Assembly (NCBI GenBank): GCA_045560235.1
Contig: JBJKZP010000008.1
Span: 145,666 to 209,665 of the forward strand
Length of the DNA stretch: 64,000 bases
Direction: 5' to 3'
Origin: Fidelibacterota bacterium
GTDB taxonomy: Bacteria > Fidelibacterota > Marinisomatia > Marinisomatales > Marinisomataceae
The position numbers and the translations under genes were made by a program. How positions within the stretch are numbered: position 1 is the first letter of the stretch; each line of letters begins with the position of its first letter. Positions 35,356 through 45,629 of the stretch are shown here, piece after piece. Under the pieces are notes generated by a model, which worked only from the letters and a program-made list of their open reading frames with translations, searched no databases and had not been told where the DNA came from.

Positions 35356-37976
35356 AATTACTAGAAAAAAAACATATCCCATCGGAGATTGAAAATAAGT
35401 GGTATGATTACTGGCTTAAAAAAAAATACTTTTCAAGCAAAGAATCAGATAATCACTATACAATTGTTATTCCTCCGCCAAATGTCACTGGTAAGCTTCA
35501 TATGGGGCATGTTCTTAATAATACTATTCAAGATATATTGATTAGAAAAGCCAGAATGGAAGGTAAAAACGCTTGCTGGATTCCTGGAACTGACCATGCA
35601 TCGATTGCTACTGAATCAAAAGTCACGAAAATGTTATTAGAAAACGGAATTAACAAAAAAGATTTATCTAGAGATGAGTTTCTAGAGCACGCATGGCAAT
35701 GGAAAGAAAAATATGGTGGAACTATTATTAATCAATTGCAAAAACTAGGATGCTCATGTGATTGGGATAAAACTAATTTTACAATGGATCCTCACTATTC
35801 TAAAGCGGTTTTAGAGTCTTTTGTTCGACTTTATAATAAGGGTTTAATATATAAGGGGAGCAAGCTCGTTAATTGGTGTCCAAAATCACAAACTGCACTA
35901 AGCGATGAAGAAGTCATGTTTAAAGAGGTGAATGGAAAACTTTGGCATATTAAATATGCAATTAATGATAGTGATTCGTTTATTGAAATAGCTACAACTA
36001 GGCCAGAAACGATGCTAGGCGATACAGCTATTGCTGTTAACCCCAAAGATAAAAGATATAAACAAATGATTGGTAAAAAAGCATCCTTGCCCTTGGTGGG
36101 TAGAAATATCCCAATTATTGCTGATAGCATGGTTGATCCAGAATTTGGTACTGGCTGTGTAAAGATTACTCCGGCTCATGATTTGAATGATTATGAGGTA
36201 GGTATTAGACATAATCTTGAAGTAATAAACATCATGAACCCAGATGGATCTATAAGTAATCAAGCCCCAGATAAATATGTAGGTATGAGCAGAGAAGATG
36301 CAAGAAAAGAGATTGTGAATAATCTTAAAGACTTAGGATATTTAGCGAAAGAAGAGGATTATTTACACAAAGTAGGATTTTCGGAAAGAGGAAACGTACC
36401 CATTGAATATTATTTATCTGAACAATGGTTTTTAAAAATGAAAGACCTTGCTAAGCCTGCTAGTAAAGCTGTTAAAGATAAAGAAATAAATTTTTATCCA
36501 AATCATTGGGTAAAAACATACAATCATTGGATGGACAATATCCAAGATTGGTGTATTAGTAGACAGTTATATTGGGGACATCAAATACCAGTATGGTATA
36601 AGAAAGGTGCAGATAGAACTAATCAAGAGAATTGGTATATTTCTATTACTCCTCCATCAGACATTGAAAATTGGGAACAAGATAAAGACGTGCTAGACAC
36701 TTGGTTTAGTTCTTGGTTATGGCCTTTTGCTGTACATGGGTGGCCAGATAAAGAAAAGACCAATTATTTTCCTACCAATGCATTAGTAACTGGACCAGAT
36801 ATCATATTTTTTTGGGTTGCTAGAATGATTATGTCGGGATATGAATTCATGGGAGATTTACCATTTAGAGATGTTTATTTTACCAGTATTTTAAGAGACG
36901 AAAAAGGTAGAAAGTTGAGTAAGTCACTTGGGAATTCTCCTGATCCCATAACACTCTTTGATAAATACGGCACTGATGCAACTAGGTTTTCAATAATGCT
37001 AATGTCTCCACAGGGGTCTGATGTATATTTTTCAGAAACAGGAATTGAGGTTGGTAGAAATTTTATGACTAAAATCTGGAACGCTAGTCGATTTATTATG
37101 CTAAATCATAATAAAGATTTTTCTGAAGAAATTGATTATGACAATATTGATAATTTTGATAAATGGATTTTAAGTTCGTTAGATGACACAATAAGAGAAG
37201 TAAATAAATCATTTGATAGGTATCAATTCAATGAAGCAATCAAAAAAATATATGATTTTACCTGGAACGAATTTTGTAATTGGTATATTGAAATTGTAAA
37301 AGACAGGTTTAATAGTTCAAATTTAACCCTTCAAAGCAATGCATTTAATATTTCAAAATATGTCATCAAAAAAATACTATTATTATTGCATCCAATTTCT
37401 CCATTTATTTCTGAAGAAATTTGGAATCATTTAAAAGACAAAAGTGATAAAGATATTATAATATCTAAATGGCCATCTACTAGTAAAAAAGTCAAATCTT
37501 ATGACAGTAAAAAGATCAAAGATTTTAAAGAAATCGTAACATCTATTAGAACCATACGTTCAGAGCTAAATATTGCTCCATCTAAAAAAATTGATATTAT
37601 AGTATCAGTTAAAAGTGATTTAGAAATAAACACAATCAATAGTTACGTCCACTTGGTCAGAAAGCTTTCGAATACTGATAAAATTGATTTGGGTATTAAA
37701 ATAGAAAAACCTTCTAACTCAGCACTAGCAGTTTGTAGAATAGCAGAAATATATATTCCGTTGGGCGAGCTTGTTGATAAAAAAGAAGAAATTTTAAAAC
37801 TTAATAAAAGACTATCTGAGCTAGATAAATTAATTGCATCAATCGAAGCTAAATTGTCAAATAAGCAATTTATTGATAAAGCTCCTGAAAAAGTTGTTGA
37901 TGGAGAAAAAAATAAACTAAATGATTTTATCATTGAAAGAGAAAAAATTCTTTCTAATATTGAGGTATTAAAATGA
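35352..37976 (+). CDS. valS: valyl-tRNA synthetase
   Basis: PPPNVTGKLHMGHVLN (HIGH-type), KLSKSLGN (KMSKS), CISRQLYWGH and a C-terminal coiled coil. Confidence 0.95.
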   Translation: MKLLEKKHIPSEIENKWYDYWLKKKYFSSKESDNHYTIVIPPPNVTGKLHMGHVLNNTIQDILIRKARMEGKNACWIPGTDHASIATESKVTKMLLENGINKKDLSRDEFLEHAWQWKEKYGGTIINQLQKLGCSCDWDKTNFTMDPHYSKAVLESFVRLYNKGLIYKGSKLVNWCPKSQTALSDEEVMFKEVNGKLWHIKYAINDSDSFIEIATTRPETMLGDTAIAVNPKDKRYKQMIGKKASLPLVGRNIPIIADSMVDPEFGTGCVKITPAHDLNDYEVGIRHNLEVINIMNPDGSISNQAPDKYVGMSREDARKEIVNNLKDLGYLAKEEDYLHKVGFSERGNVPIEYYLSEQWFLKMKDLAKPASKAVKDKEINFYPNHWVKTYNHWMDNIQDWCISRQLYWGHQIPVWYKKGADRTNQENWYISITPPSDIENWEQDKDVLDTWFSSWLWPFAVHGWPDKEKTNYFPTNALVTGPDIIFFWVARMIMSGYEFMGDLPFRDVYFTSILRDEKGRKLSKSLGNSPDPITLFDKYGTDATRFSIMLMSPQGSDVYFSETGIEVGRNFMTKIWNASRFIMLNHNKDFSEEIDYDNIDNFDKWILSSLDDTIREVNKSFDRYQFNEAIKKIYDFTWNEFCNWYIEIVKDRFNSSNLTLQSNAFNISKYVIKKILLLLHPISPFISEEIWNHLKDKSDKDIIISKWPSTSKKVKSYDSKKIKDFKEIVTSIRTIRSELNIAPSKKIDIIVSVKSDLEINTINSYVHLVRKLSNTDKIDLGIKIEKPSNSALAVCRIAEIYIPLGELVDKKEEILKLNKRLSELDKLIASIEAKLSNKQFIDKAPEKVVDGEKNKLNDFIIEREKILSNIEVLK

Positions 37977-39304
37977 AAAAAATAATTTTACTCTTTTTAT
38001 CGTTAAATCTTGTTTTTGCACAGCTAGATAGTCCTGCTAGATCGCTGACCATATATAAAGATAACTTTGCTTTAGTAAATGAGCCTATTGTTTGGAATTT
38101 GAAATTAGGAAGAAACATTTCTTCTTTTACTAATATATCACAAAATCTTCTTTTTGACTCACCTGTACTAAATGTTGAAGGTGTCCAAGTTTTATCGCAA
38201 ACTCTGAATAGAAATTTTTCTTCTACTGATACTTTTTTAAAAAATAATATTGGTGCTGCTATTGAAGTAAAGCCTAATGATGGTTCAAATGTGCAAGGAA
38301 TACTTATGGACTATAATGGTTCAACTATTTCAATAAAGACAAACAAGGGGTTAGTTGTTTTTCAGAGATCTCAGTTGAGTTATTTTACTTTAAAATCATC
38401 AACTGTTCAAGATAAGTTCACACCTGAAATTCGTTGGGAAATCATTTCTGATGAAGATAAATCTGTGAATGCTGAGTTGTCTTACATTACATCTGGTTTT
38501 TCATGGAAACCTATCTACACATTAATAATCAATGATTCTGATTCTACAGCTATGCTTTCAGTTAATGCAGAGGTCTCTAATAACTCTAATGTTAATTTGT
38601 TTGCTTTAGATCTAAATGTTGTAGAAGGTAATGTGCCTTTGCATTCTTCTAGAAAAAATTCCAGTTATCAAATGATGGAATCTAGAGGAAGTCCCATGGA
38701 TAACCGCGCTTTATTAGGAGATTTTTATATTTTTAATTTAGGAAAAAATTTGAATCTAGATGCTATGCAAACAGTTCAATTGCCTATGATGAAAGCAAGA
38801 AATATCATATATGATAAGAAATATATTTTTAAAAATTCTGAAAGAGATCAAGGCGATGAACCTTTAAGTATTGAAGTGTCATTTGAAAATTCTACTGAAA
38901 ACAATCTTGAACTACCTCTTCCATCTGGTATATTATACTTGTATGAAAAAAGCATTTCAGGTGAATTAAATTTCATTGGTAGAAATGGATTATCTGAATT
39001 GTATAAGGGTGGAACAGCTATTTTGGATGGAGGGAAAGCATTTAATATTGTCGGAAAAAGAAGAATTTTAAACTTTGACAGACAAACCAATAGCGAAGAA
39101 TCAACTATATCATTACAAATTTTAAATACTAGCAATCAATCTATCAAAGTTAAGGCTATAGAAAAGATTGTTGGTGATTGGGTCATCAAAGAATCTTCAT
39201 CAATGTATATTAAGGAAGATGCTTCCACTATCTATTTTCCTTTGGAGATTGAAGCTGGATCTACTGAGCTCATCACATACACTTACAAAAAAGAATGGAA
39301 ATAA
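37973..39304 (+). CDS. secreted DUF4139-like protein, unknown function
   Basis: Signal peptide MKKIILLFLSLNLVFAQ. The predicted beta-rich segment AELSYITSGFSWKPIY resembles the DUF4139 signature. ATGA overlap with the valS stop. Confidence 0.5.
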   Translation: MKKIILLFLSLNLVFAQLDSPARSLTIYKDNFALVNEPIVWNLKLGRNISSFTNISQNLLFDSPVLNVEGVQVLSQTLNRNFSSTDTFLKNNIGAAIEVKPNDGSNVQGILMDYNGSTISIKTNKGLVVFQRSQLSYFTLKSSTVQDKFTPEIRWEIISDEDKSVNAELSYITSGFSWKPIYTLIINDSDSTAMLSVNAEVSNNSNVNLFALDLNVVEGNVPLHSSRKNSSYQMMESRGSPMDNRALLGDFYIFNLGKNLNLDAMQTVQLPMMKARNIIYDKKYIFKNSERDQGDEPLSIEVSFENSTENNLELPLPSGILYLYEKSISGELNFIGRNGLSELYKGGTAILDGGKAFNIVGKRRILNFDRQTNSEESTISLQILNTSNQSIKVKAIEKIVGDWVIKESSSMYIKEDASTIYFPLEIEAGSTELITYTYKKEWK

Positions 39305-39310
39305 TGTCTT

Positions 39311-41410
39311 TTGAGCGAAGCGTCACACAGTTCTAATTCGTTAGAAACACCAATACAATATATTAAAGGAGTCGGTCCTAAAAGAGCTAATGCTCTTGAA
39401 TCCATTAATATTTTTACAATCAAAGATTTGCTGTATTATTTTCCAAGAAAGTATGTAGACAGAACATCTTTATCTACTATAGGATCAATAAAAGAAGGAG
39501 AGGAAGTCAATCTCGTTGGAAGAGTTAAGTCTGTTAGTTTAAAAAGAATGAAAAAAGGTAATTTTGTTACATCAACTGTAGCAGATCATACTGGATCAGT
39601 GCGATTGATGTGGTTTAATGCAGCAGATTATATTCATCAATCTTTAAAAGTTGGAGATTTAATTACTATTCATGGTAAAGTAGCAGCTTATAAAGGGAAT
39701 CCGCAAATTGTTCATCCTGAGTATGATAAATTAAATGCTAACGAAATTTCATTAACGACTGGCTTTATTATCCCTGTATATCCGCTAACAGAAGATTTAA
39801 AAAAATCTGGACTAGATAATAGAAATTTAAGAAAAATAATATATCTAGCTCTAGAATCGATTGATAGTATCAATGATCATTTTGATGAAAAATTAAGAAA
39901 TAAATTTGAAATAGAAGATTTAAATACATCTTTACGCAATATTCATTACCCAAAAGACTTTATGTCTTTAGATAGCTCAATCCATAGACTAAAGTATGAT
40001 GAACATTTTTTCCTTCAATTGCTGCTTGCTTTACGAAAAAATAAAATCAAAGAGAATAAGTGCGATTCAATAAAGTTTAAAACAACTGCTTATAATAATG
40101 TTTTAAATAATCTTTCTTTTGAATTGACAGGTAGCCAAAAACTTACATTAAGAGAAATTGTTGATGATTTTTTATCTGAAAATCCAATGAATAGAATGAT
40201 TCAAGGAGATGTTGGATGCGGTAAAACAGTTGTATCAGTTCTTGCCTCAGCTATTGTAGTAGACAATAATTATCAAGTTGCCATTATGGCACCTACAGAT
40301 TTGCTATCAAAACAGCTATTTAGAAATTTTAAATCACATTTTGATGAAGCTAATATTAAGTGCTCTTTATTAGTGGGAAGCTTAAAAACAAATGAGAAGA
40401 AACAAGTATTACAACAAATAAAAACAGGTGAATCCAATATAGTTATTGGAACACATGCGCTATTTCAAAAAGATGTAGTATTTAAAAATTTGGGTTTTAT
40501 AGTTATTGATGAACAGCACCGTTTTGGAGTAAATCAACGAGAAAAATTATTATCGAAGAGCAAAAATCCCAATCTTATGGCAATGACAGCTACACCAATT
40601 CCAAGAACATTGGCTATTACGTATAATGGAGACATGGATCTATCAATTATTGATGAATTGCCAAAAAATAGACCAGAAATACATACTTCATATATTGAAA
40701 AAGATAATCTGTCTACTGCATATAATTTTATTAGAGAAAAAGTTGATGATGGTGGACAAACGATTATCGTATACCCACTAATCAATGAAAGCGAAAATCA
40801 AGATTTATCAGCAGCAGTTGAATCGTATGAATACTTAAGAGATAATATATTTCCTGATTTAAAAGTTGGATTAATGCATGGGAAATTAGATAATGAAATA
40901 AAAAATAATGAAATGAAAAAGTTTATGGATGGAGAAATCAATATTCTAGTTTCTACAACAGTTATTGAGGTTGGAATAGATAATCCAAATGTAAATGTAA
41001 TATTAATTAATAATACAGAAAGATTCGGTTTAAGTCAGATTCATCAATTAAGGGGTAGAGTTGGCAGAGGAACTTTAACAAGTTACTGTTTGTTATGTAG
41101 TGATAGCGAATCACCTAAAACAAAAGAAAGACTACAAATTATTGTAAACTCTAGAAATGGATTCGATATAGCCGATGAAGATTTAAAATTAAGAGGGCCA
41201 GGAGAATTTTTTGGTGAAAAACAAAGCGGGTTTATCAAATTTAGAATTGCTGATTTAACAACGGATGGGCCAATAATTAGAAATGCTCGAATGAATGCTT
41301 TTGAAATTATTAAGAATGATGCAAATTTAACACTAGAAAAACATTTAATTATCAAAGAAAAATTTGATAACGAATATTTAAAATTATTTTTAAAAACAAC
41401 AGTAAACTGA
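39311..41410 (+). CDS. recG: ATP-dependent DNA helicase RecG
   Basis: IKGVGPKRANAL, wedge domain, GDVGCGKT (Walker A), DEQHRFG (DEQH), TATPIPRTL and QLRGRVGRG. TTG start; no in-frame ATG lies upstream of the conserved N-terminus. Confidence 0.9.
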   Translation: MSEASHSSNSLETPIQYIKGVGPKRANALESINIFTIKDLLYYFPRKYVDRTSLSTIGSIKEGEEVNLVGRVKSVSLKRMKKGNFVTSTVADHTGSVRLMWFNAADYIHQSLKVGDLITIHGKVAAYKGNPQIVHPEYDKLNANEISLTTGFIIPVYPLTEDLKKSGLDNRNLRKIIYLALESIDSINDHFDEKLRNKFEIEDLNTSLRNIHYPKDFMSLDSSIHRLKYDEHFFLQLLLALRKNKIKENKCDSIKFKTTAYNNVLNNLSFELTGSQKLTLREIVDDFLSENPMNRMIQGDVGCGKTVVSVLASAIVVDNNYQVAIMAPTDLLSKQLFRNFKSHFDEANIKCSLLVGSLKTNEKKQVLQQIKTGESNIVIGTHALFQKDVVFKNLGFIVIDEQHRFGVNQREKLLSKSKNPNLMAMTATPIPRTLAITYNGDMDLSIIDELPKNRPEIHTSYIEKDNLSTAYNFIREKVDDGGQTIIVYPLINESENQDLSAAVESYEYLRDNIFPDLKVGLMHGKLDNEIKNNEMKKFMDGEINILVSTTVIEVGIDNPNVNVILINNTERFGLSQIHQLRGRVGRGTLTSYCLLCSDSESPKTKERLQIIVNSRNGFDIADEDLKLRGPGEFFGEKQSGFIKFRIADLTTDGPIIRNARMNAFEIIKNDANLTLEKHLIIKEKFDNEYLKLFLKTTVN

Positions 41411-41417
41411 GGAAAAG

Positions 41418-41735
41418 ATGAAAGAAAAACCAACAGAAAAACAATTATTTGATGCTTTAATTTCTCAAACAGCATATGGTATTTGGGTATCATTAGGAAA
41501 GCTACAAAATCCAGTTAATGGAGAGACCTCAATAGATCTTACTCAAGCTTCAATTCAAATAGACATGCTAGGAATGATAAACAACAAAATGCACGCAAGC
41601 TTATCAGATGAAGAAAAAGAGTACATCGATAAAGTATTATCAGAAGCAAAAATGAATTACCTTGAAGTTGAAAAAAATGAAGAAAGTGGTTCAGGCGAGT
41701 CTTTAGAAGAAAAAAATACAGATACTGAAAAATAA
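41418..41735 (+). CDS. DUF1844-family small acidic protein
   Basis: LFDALISQTAYGIWVSLGKLQNPVNGETSIDLTQASIQIDMLGMI ... LSDEEKEYIDKVLSEAKMNY matches my memory of the DUF1844 consensus. Preceded by GAGGAAAAG (SD-like). Confidence 0.6.
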   Translation: MKEKPTEKQLFDALISQTAYGIWVSLGKLQNPVNGETSIDLTQASIQIDMLGMINNKMHASLSDEEKEYIDKVLSEAKMNYLEVEKNEESGSGESLEEKNTDTEK

Positions 41736-41736
41736 A

Positions 41737-44616
41737 TTGAATTTTTTCACTTCCTACAGTAAAAAATTAGAATATACAATAGCAGCAATAGTATTTTTTA
41801 CTACCTTTGCTATTTATTTTTCTACAATGGCTCCAACTGTTTCTTTTTGGGATACTGGAGAGTTTATTGCAACTTCCCATATTCTTGGAGTCCCTCACCC
41901 TCCTGGTAGTCCATTATTTTTACTTATTGGTAAGTTTTTTACTTTAATCCCTATCAGCTCTGATATTGCATTTAGATTCAATATTTTTTCACCAATTATC
42001 AGCGCATTCACCGTTAGTTTATTATTTTTAATATGTAATGAATTTATAAACAGAGTTGATACAAAAGACGAGACAAAGTTTTTTAAGATGTGGTCTTCAT
42101 TAACTGCGTCTTTGACTTTTGCTTTTACTCATAGTCATTGGTTTAATGCAGTTGAAACAGAAGTATATGCTTTTAGCGGTTTCATGACTGCCTTAGTAGT
42201 GTACTTGATTATGCTTTGGTCTAAAAATATTCACAAAGATAATCATATTATTTATCTGATTATCATTGCATATATCATTGGACTTGCTACAGGTCTACAT
42301 TTACTTAATTTGTTAACAATTCCTTTCATTGGTCTAATCATATATTTTACCCTAGGACATTTAAGTAAGGTTAATTTTTTAGTAACAATAGCTATTTCAC
42401 TAGCAGTTTTTTTTGGTATTCAAGATGGAATCATAAAAGGTTTACCTATTTTAACAAATTCTATTGGCCTGTATGGTTTGTTAGTAGCTTTATTATCTCT
42501 ACTATTTTTTAGTGCGTATTCAATCAAGAATAACAAAACAATATTATCCATTTTTTCAACATCCATAGTTTTAATTATTTTAGGCTATTCAACTTATTTT
42601 GCAATATTTATTAGATCAGGTCAAGATCCTAATATTGATGAAAATAATCCTGAAACTGTTGAAGAAGCGATATCATATTTGAATAGAGATCAATATGGGC
42701 AGATGACAATTTTGCCAAGAAAATTTAATTCATTGCCTTCTAAGATATCAATTGTTGGATCGCCTGAAGACGGAAGTACTGATTTTTCTATGAGTCAAGA
42801 TTTAGATTATATGTTATATGAAATTCCAGCTCAAGTGAGTTTTTTATGGAATTATCAAATTAAGAAAATGTATATAAGATATTTTCTTTGGCAATTTGCT
42901 GGCAAAGGAGACAGTGATGACCCTTTTGTAACCGCTGTTGGTGCAAATGCAAGCCAAGACGGAGTAGACTGGAGACAGTTTGGATTGCCTCTAGCATTGA
43001 TAATGGGTTTAATAGGAATGGTTTATCACTTTAGAAAAAATAAGTATGATGCATTCTCTTTGATGATATTGTTCTTAATGACTGGTTTAGCAATTATCTT
43101 TTATTTGAATCAAGATTCGCCTCAACCAAGAGAAAGAGATTATTCATATGTAGCAAGTTTTATGACATTCTCTATTTGGATTGGTTTAGGAGTTTATGCA
43201 TTTATTAATTTTATTTCAGATACATTTTTAGAAAAATCTATAAAGCTGAAATTCTCATATTTTATGATTTCTTTATTCATTCTATTTATGCCATTAAGAA
43301 TGTTACTAGCCAACTATGATGGACATGATAGAACAGGAAATTATATTGCATGGGATATGGCTTATAATATGCTTCAAACATGTGAACCAAACGCAATTTT
43401 ATTTACAAATGGAGATAATGACACTTTCCCATTGTGGTATTTACAAGAAGTGGAAGGCATTAGAAAGGACGTGGTTGTTGCAAATTTAAGCTTATTAAAT
43501 ACTCTATGGTACGTTGAGCAGCTAAAAGAAAGATATACAGAAAATGGATTTGTGAAAATGAATGACTCTGAAATTGAAAAACTAGACTTTAAAAGGTGGG
43601 AAGCTAAAACAATTTCAATAAATGCGCCAAAAGATGAAAATAATATTGATGGAAAAATAGAGTGGGAACTAAATCCAACCTATTTAGGTGTTGCATTAAG
43701 AACTCAAGATATCATGGTATTAAGGATTATAAATGACAATAATTGGAATAGGCCGGTGTATTTTGCTGTGACAGTATCCCCGACTAGCATGCTGAATCTT
43801 GATAATTATTTACAGATGGAAGGGTTAGCTTATAGGCTCGTTAATAATTCTAAAGATGTGATAAACCAAGAGAAAATGAATCAAAATCTTATGAATTATA
43901 TAGGAGATGAATCGTGGTTTCAGGATTATGACGCAAACAAAAAAATTGAATCAAAAGATTCAATATCAAAGGAGTATCAAAGAGGATATATTTATAGAAA
44001 TCTAGCAAATCCAGAGGTGCACGTAGATCCTCAACTAGGAAGATTAATTCAAAATTATAGAACGGGTTTTGTAAGATTGTCTATATCACATTATCTAGAA
44101 AAGAATTTTCAGCAAGCAGAAAAAGCTTTATTAAAAATGGAAGAGATAATGCCGAGCAGTGTAGTGCCAATACCATCAAAAGAATTACAGTATCAGATTG
44201 CTCAAGTTTACAGCGGCATAGGTAATCAAGAAAAAATGAAATACCATATGAAAGAGCTAGTTATGCGCAAAGATTTAGCACTGTCTGATTATTTATTATA
44301 TGGTAAAACATTTATCGAGTCTTTAGAAGATTATGATGAATCAAAATTAATTTTTGAAACTATCTATCAAAATTATAAAATTATTGAAAGAGCTATTTCT
44401 AAAAGAGGTTTTACCGCAACCAAAATTTCACAAGCAGAATGGAATGAGTGGCAAAAATCATTACCTGAAATCATTTATTTATTATATTTAAGTTATAAGA
44501 ATCTAGAGATGTATACAGAAGCTAAGATTCTGCTAGAAGAATGGATTGATAAGAATCCTGCAGATAATAACGCTCAGCAATTATTAGAAGAAATTATTTT
44601 ACTAGAATCTTCATGA
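41737..44616 (+). CDS. DUF2723 (TMEM260-like) polytopic membrane protein with a C-terminal TPR-like domain; putative glycosyltransferase-C-fold enzyme
   Basis: Signature TMAPTVSFWDTGEFIATSHILGVPHPPGSPLF after the first TM. At least 11 hydrophobic helices up to aa ~520, then a soluble helical-repeat C-terminus of about 430 aa. TTG start; the first ATG would delete TM1. Confidence 0.75.
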   Translation: MNFFTSYSKKLEYTIAAIVFFTTFAIYFSTMAPTVSFWDTGEFIATSHILGVPHPPGSPLFLLIGKFFTLIPISSDIAFRFNIFSPIISAFTVSLLFLICNEFINRVDTKDETKFFKMWSSLTASLTFAFTHSHWFNAVETEVYAFSGFMTALVVYLIMLWSKNIHKDNHIIYLIIIAYIIGLATGLHLLNLLTIPFIGLIIYFTLGHLSKVNFLVTIAISLAVFFGIQDGIIKGLPILTNSIGLYGLLVALLSLLFFSAYSIKNNKTILSIFSTSIVLIILGYSTYFAIFIRSGQDPNIDENNPETVEEAISYLNRDQYGQMTILPRKFNSLPSKISIVGSPEDGSTDFSMSQDLDYMLYEIPAQVSFLWNYQIKKMYIRYFLWQFAGKGDSDDPFVTAVGANASQDGVDWRQFGLPLALIMGLIGMVYHFRKNKYDAFSLMILFLMTGLAIIFYLNQDSPQPRERDYSYVASFMTFSIWIGLGVYAFINFISDTFLEKSIKLKFSYFMISLFILFMPLRMLLANYDGHDRTGNYIAWDMAYNMLQTCEPNAILFTNGDNDTFPLWYLQEVEGIRKDVVVANLSLLNTLWYVEQLKERYTENGFVKMNDSEIEKLDFKRWEAKTISINAPKDENNIDGKIEWELNPTYLGVALRTQDIMVLRIINDNNWNRPVYFAVTVSPTSMLNLDNYLQMEGLAYRLVNNSKDVINQEKMNQNLMNYIGDESWFQDYDANKKIESKDSISKEYQRGYIYRNLANPEVHVDPQLGRLIQNYRTGFVRLSISHYLEKNFQQAEKALLKMEEIMPSSVVPIPSKELQYQIAQVYSGIGNQEKMKYHMKELVMRKDLALSDYLLYGKTFIESLEDYDESKLIFETIYQNYKIIERAISKRGFTATKISQAEWNEWQKSLPEIIYLLYLSYKNLEMYTEAKILLEEWIDKNPADNNAQQLLEEIILLESS

Positions 44617-45629
44617 TCAATGTTTCTATAATTATTCCTCATCATAATGGCAAGAAGCTGTTACTGGATTGCGTTGATTCAATATATAAAAATATAACCT
44701 CACAAAATTTTGAAATAATTGTCGTTGACAATATGTCAAATGATCATTCAGCAGATGACATTAAAGCTAAATTTCCATCAATCAATCTCTTAAAAGCAGA
44801 ATCAAATTTAGGTTATAGCGGAGGATGCAATTTTGGTGCACGGCATGCTAAAGGAAAGTATATAATTTTTTTAAATAATGATACTTTTCACACTCAAAAT
44901 TGGGTAGAAGAGCTGATAATTTTTTTAGAAAAAAATCCGCAAGTTGGAGCAGCTCAGCCTAAAATTCTTAATGCAGTTAATAAGGATATGTTTGATTACG
45001 CTGGTGGCGCTGGAGGATTTATAGATAAATATTGTTTCCCTTTCGTTAGAGGAAGATTATTTAATTCTCTTGAGAAAGATAACAATCAATATAACAATCC
45101 TAAAAAAATCTTTTGGGCTTCAGGTGCAGCTTTTATTATCAGAAAGCATTTATTAGAAGAATTAAATTATTTTGATAATATCTATTTTGCATACATGGAA
45201 GAAATTGATCTTTGTTGGAGATTACAGTCTATGGGTTGGAGCGTTTGGTATGTTCCTTCGTCATTGGTCTATCATTATGGCAAGCAGACAATAAAAGAGA
45301 ACTCATTTAAATCACATTATTTTAATCACAGAAATTCTTGGATTCTATTTATAAAAAATTCACATTCATTTGAAAAGGGTTTATTAATTTTCAAAAGATA
45401 TATTTTGGACCAAATGGCTGCTATTTATTCTATTCTTACTTTTGACTTTAATAGATTTTTAGCAATTTTTACTTCACATCTATGGTTAATCTATAATTGC
45501 AGGATTTTATTCAATATTCGTAAAAATAATCATCTAAGAGATTCAGAAATAGACTTAATTTATCAAAATAGTATTGCTATAGATTATTTTTTTAGAGGTA
45601 AAAAATATTTTTCTCAAATATTTGACTGA
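44613..45629 (+). CDS. GT2-family glycosyltransferase
   Basis: VSIIIPHHNGKKLLLDCVDSI, VVDNMSNDHS, NLGYSGGCNFG, FLNNDT (DxD-like) and YMEEIDLCWR. Confidence 0.85.
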   Translation: MINVSIIIPHHNGKKLLLDCVDSIYKNITSQNFEIIVVDNMSNDHSADDIKAKFPSINLLKAESNLGYSGGCNFGARHAKGKYIIFLNNDTFHTQNWVEELIIFLEKNPQVGAAQPKILNAVNKDMFDYAGGAGGFIDKYCFPFVRGRLFNSLEKDNNQYNNPKKIFWASGAAFIIRKHLLEELNYFDNIYFAYMEEIDLCWRLQSMGWSVWYVPSSLVYHYGKQTIKENSFKSHYFNHRNSWILFIKNSHSFEKGLLIFKRYILDQMAAIYSILTFDFNRFLAIFTSHLWLIYNCRILFNIRKNNHLRDSEIDLIYQNSIAIDYFFRGKKYFSQIFD

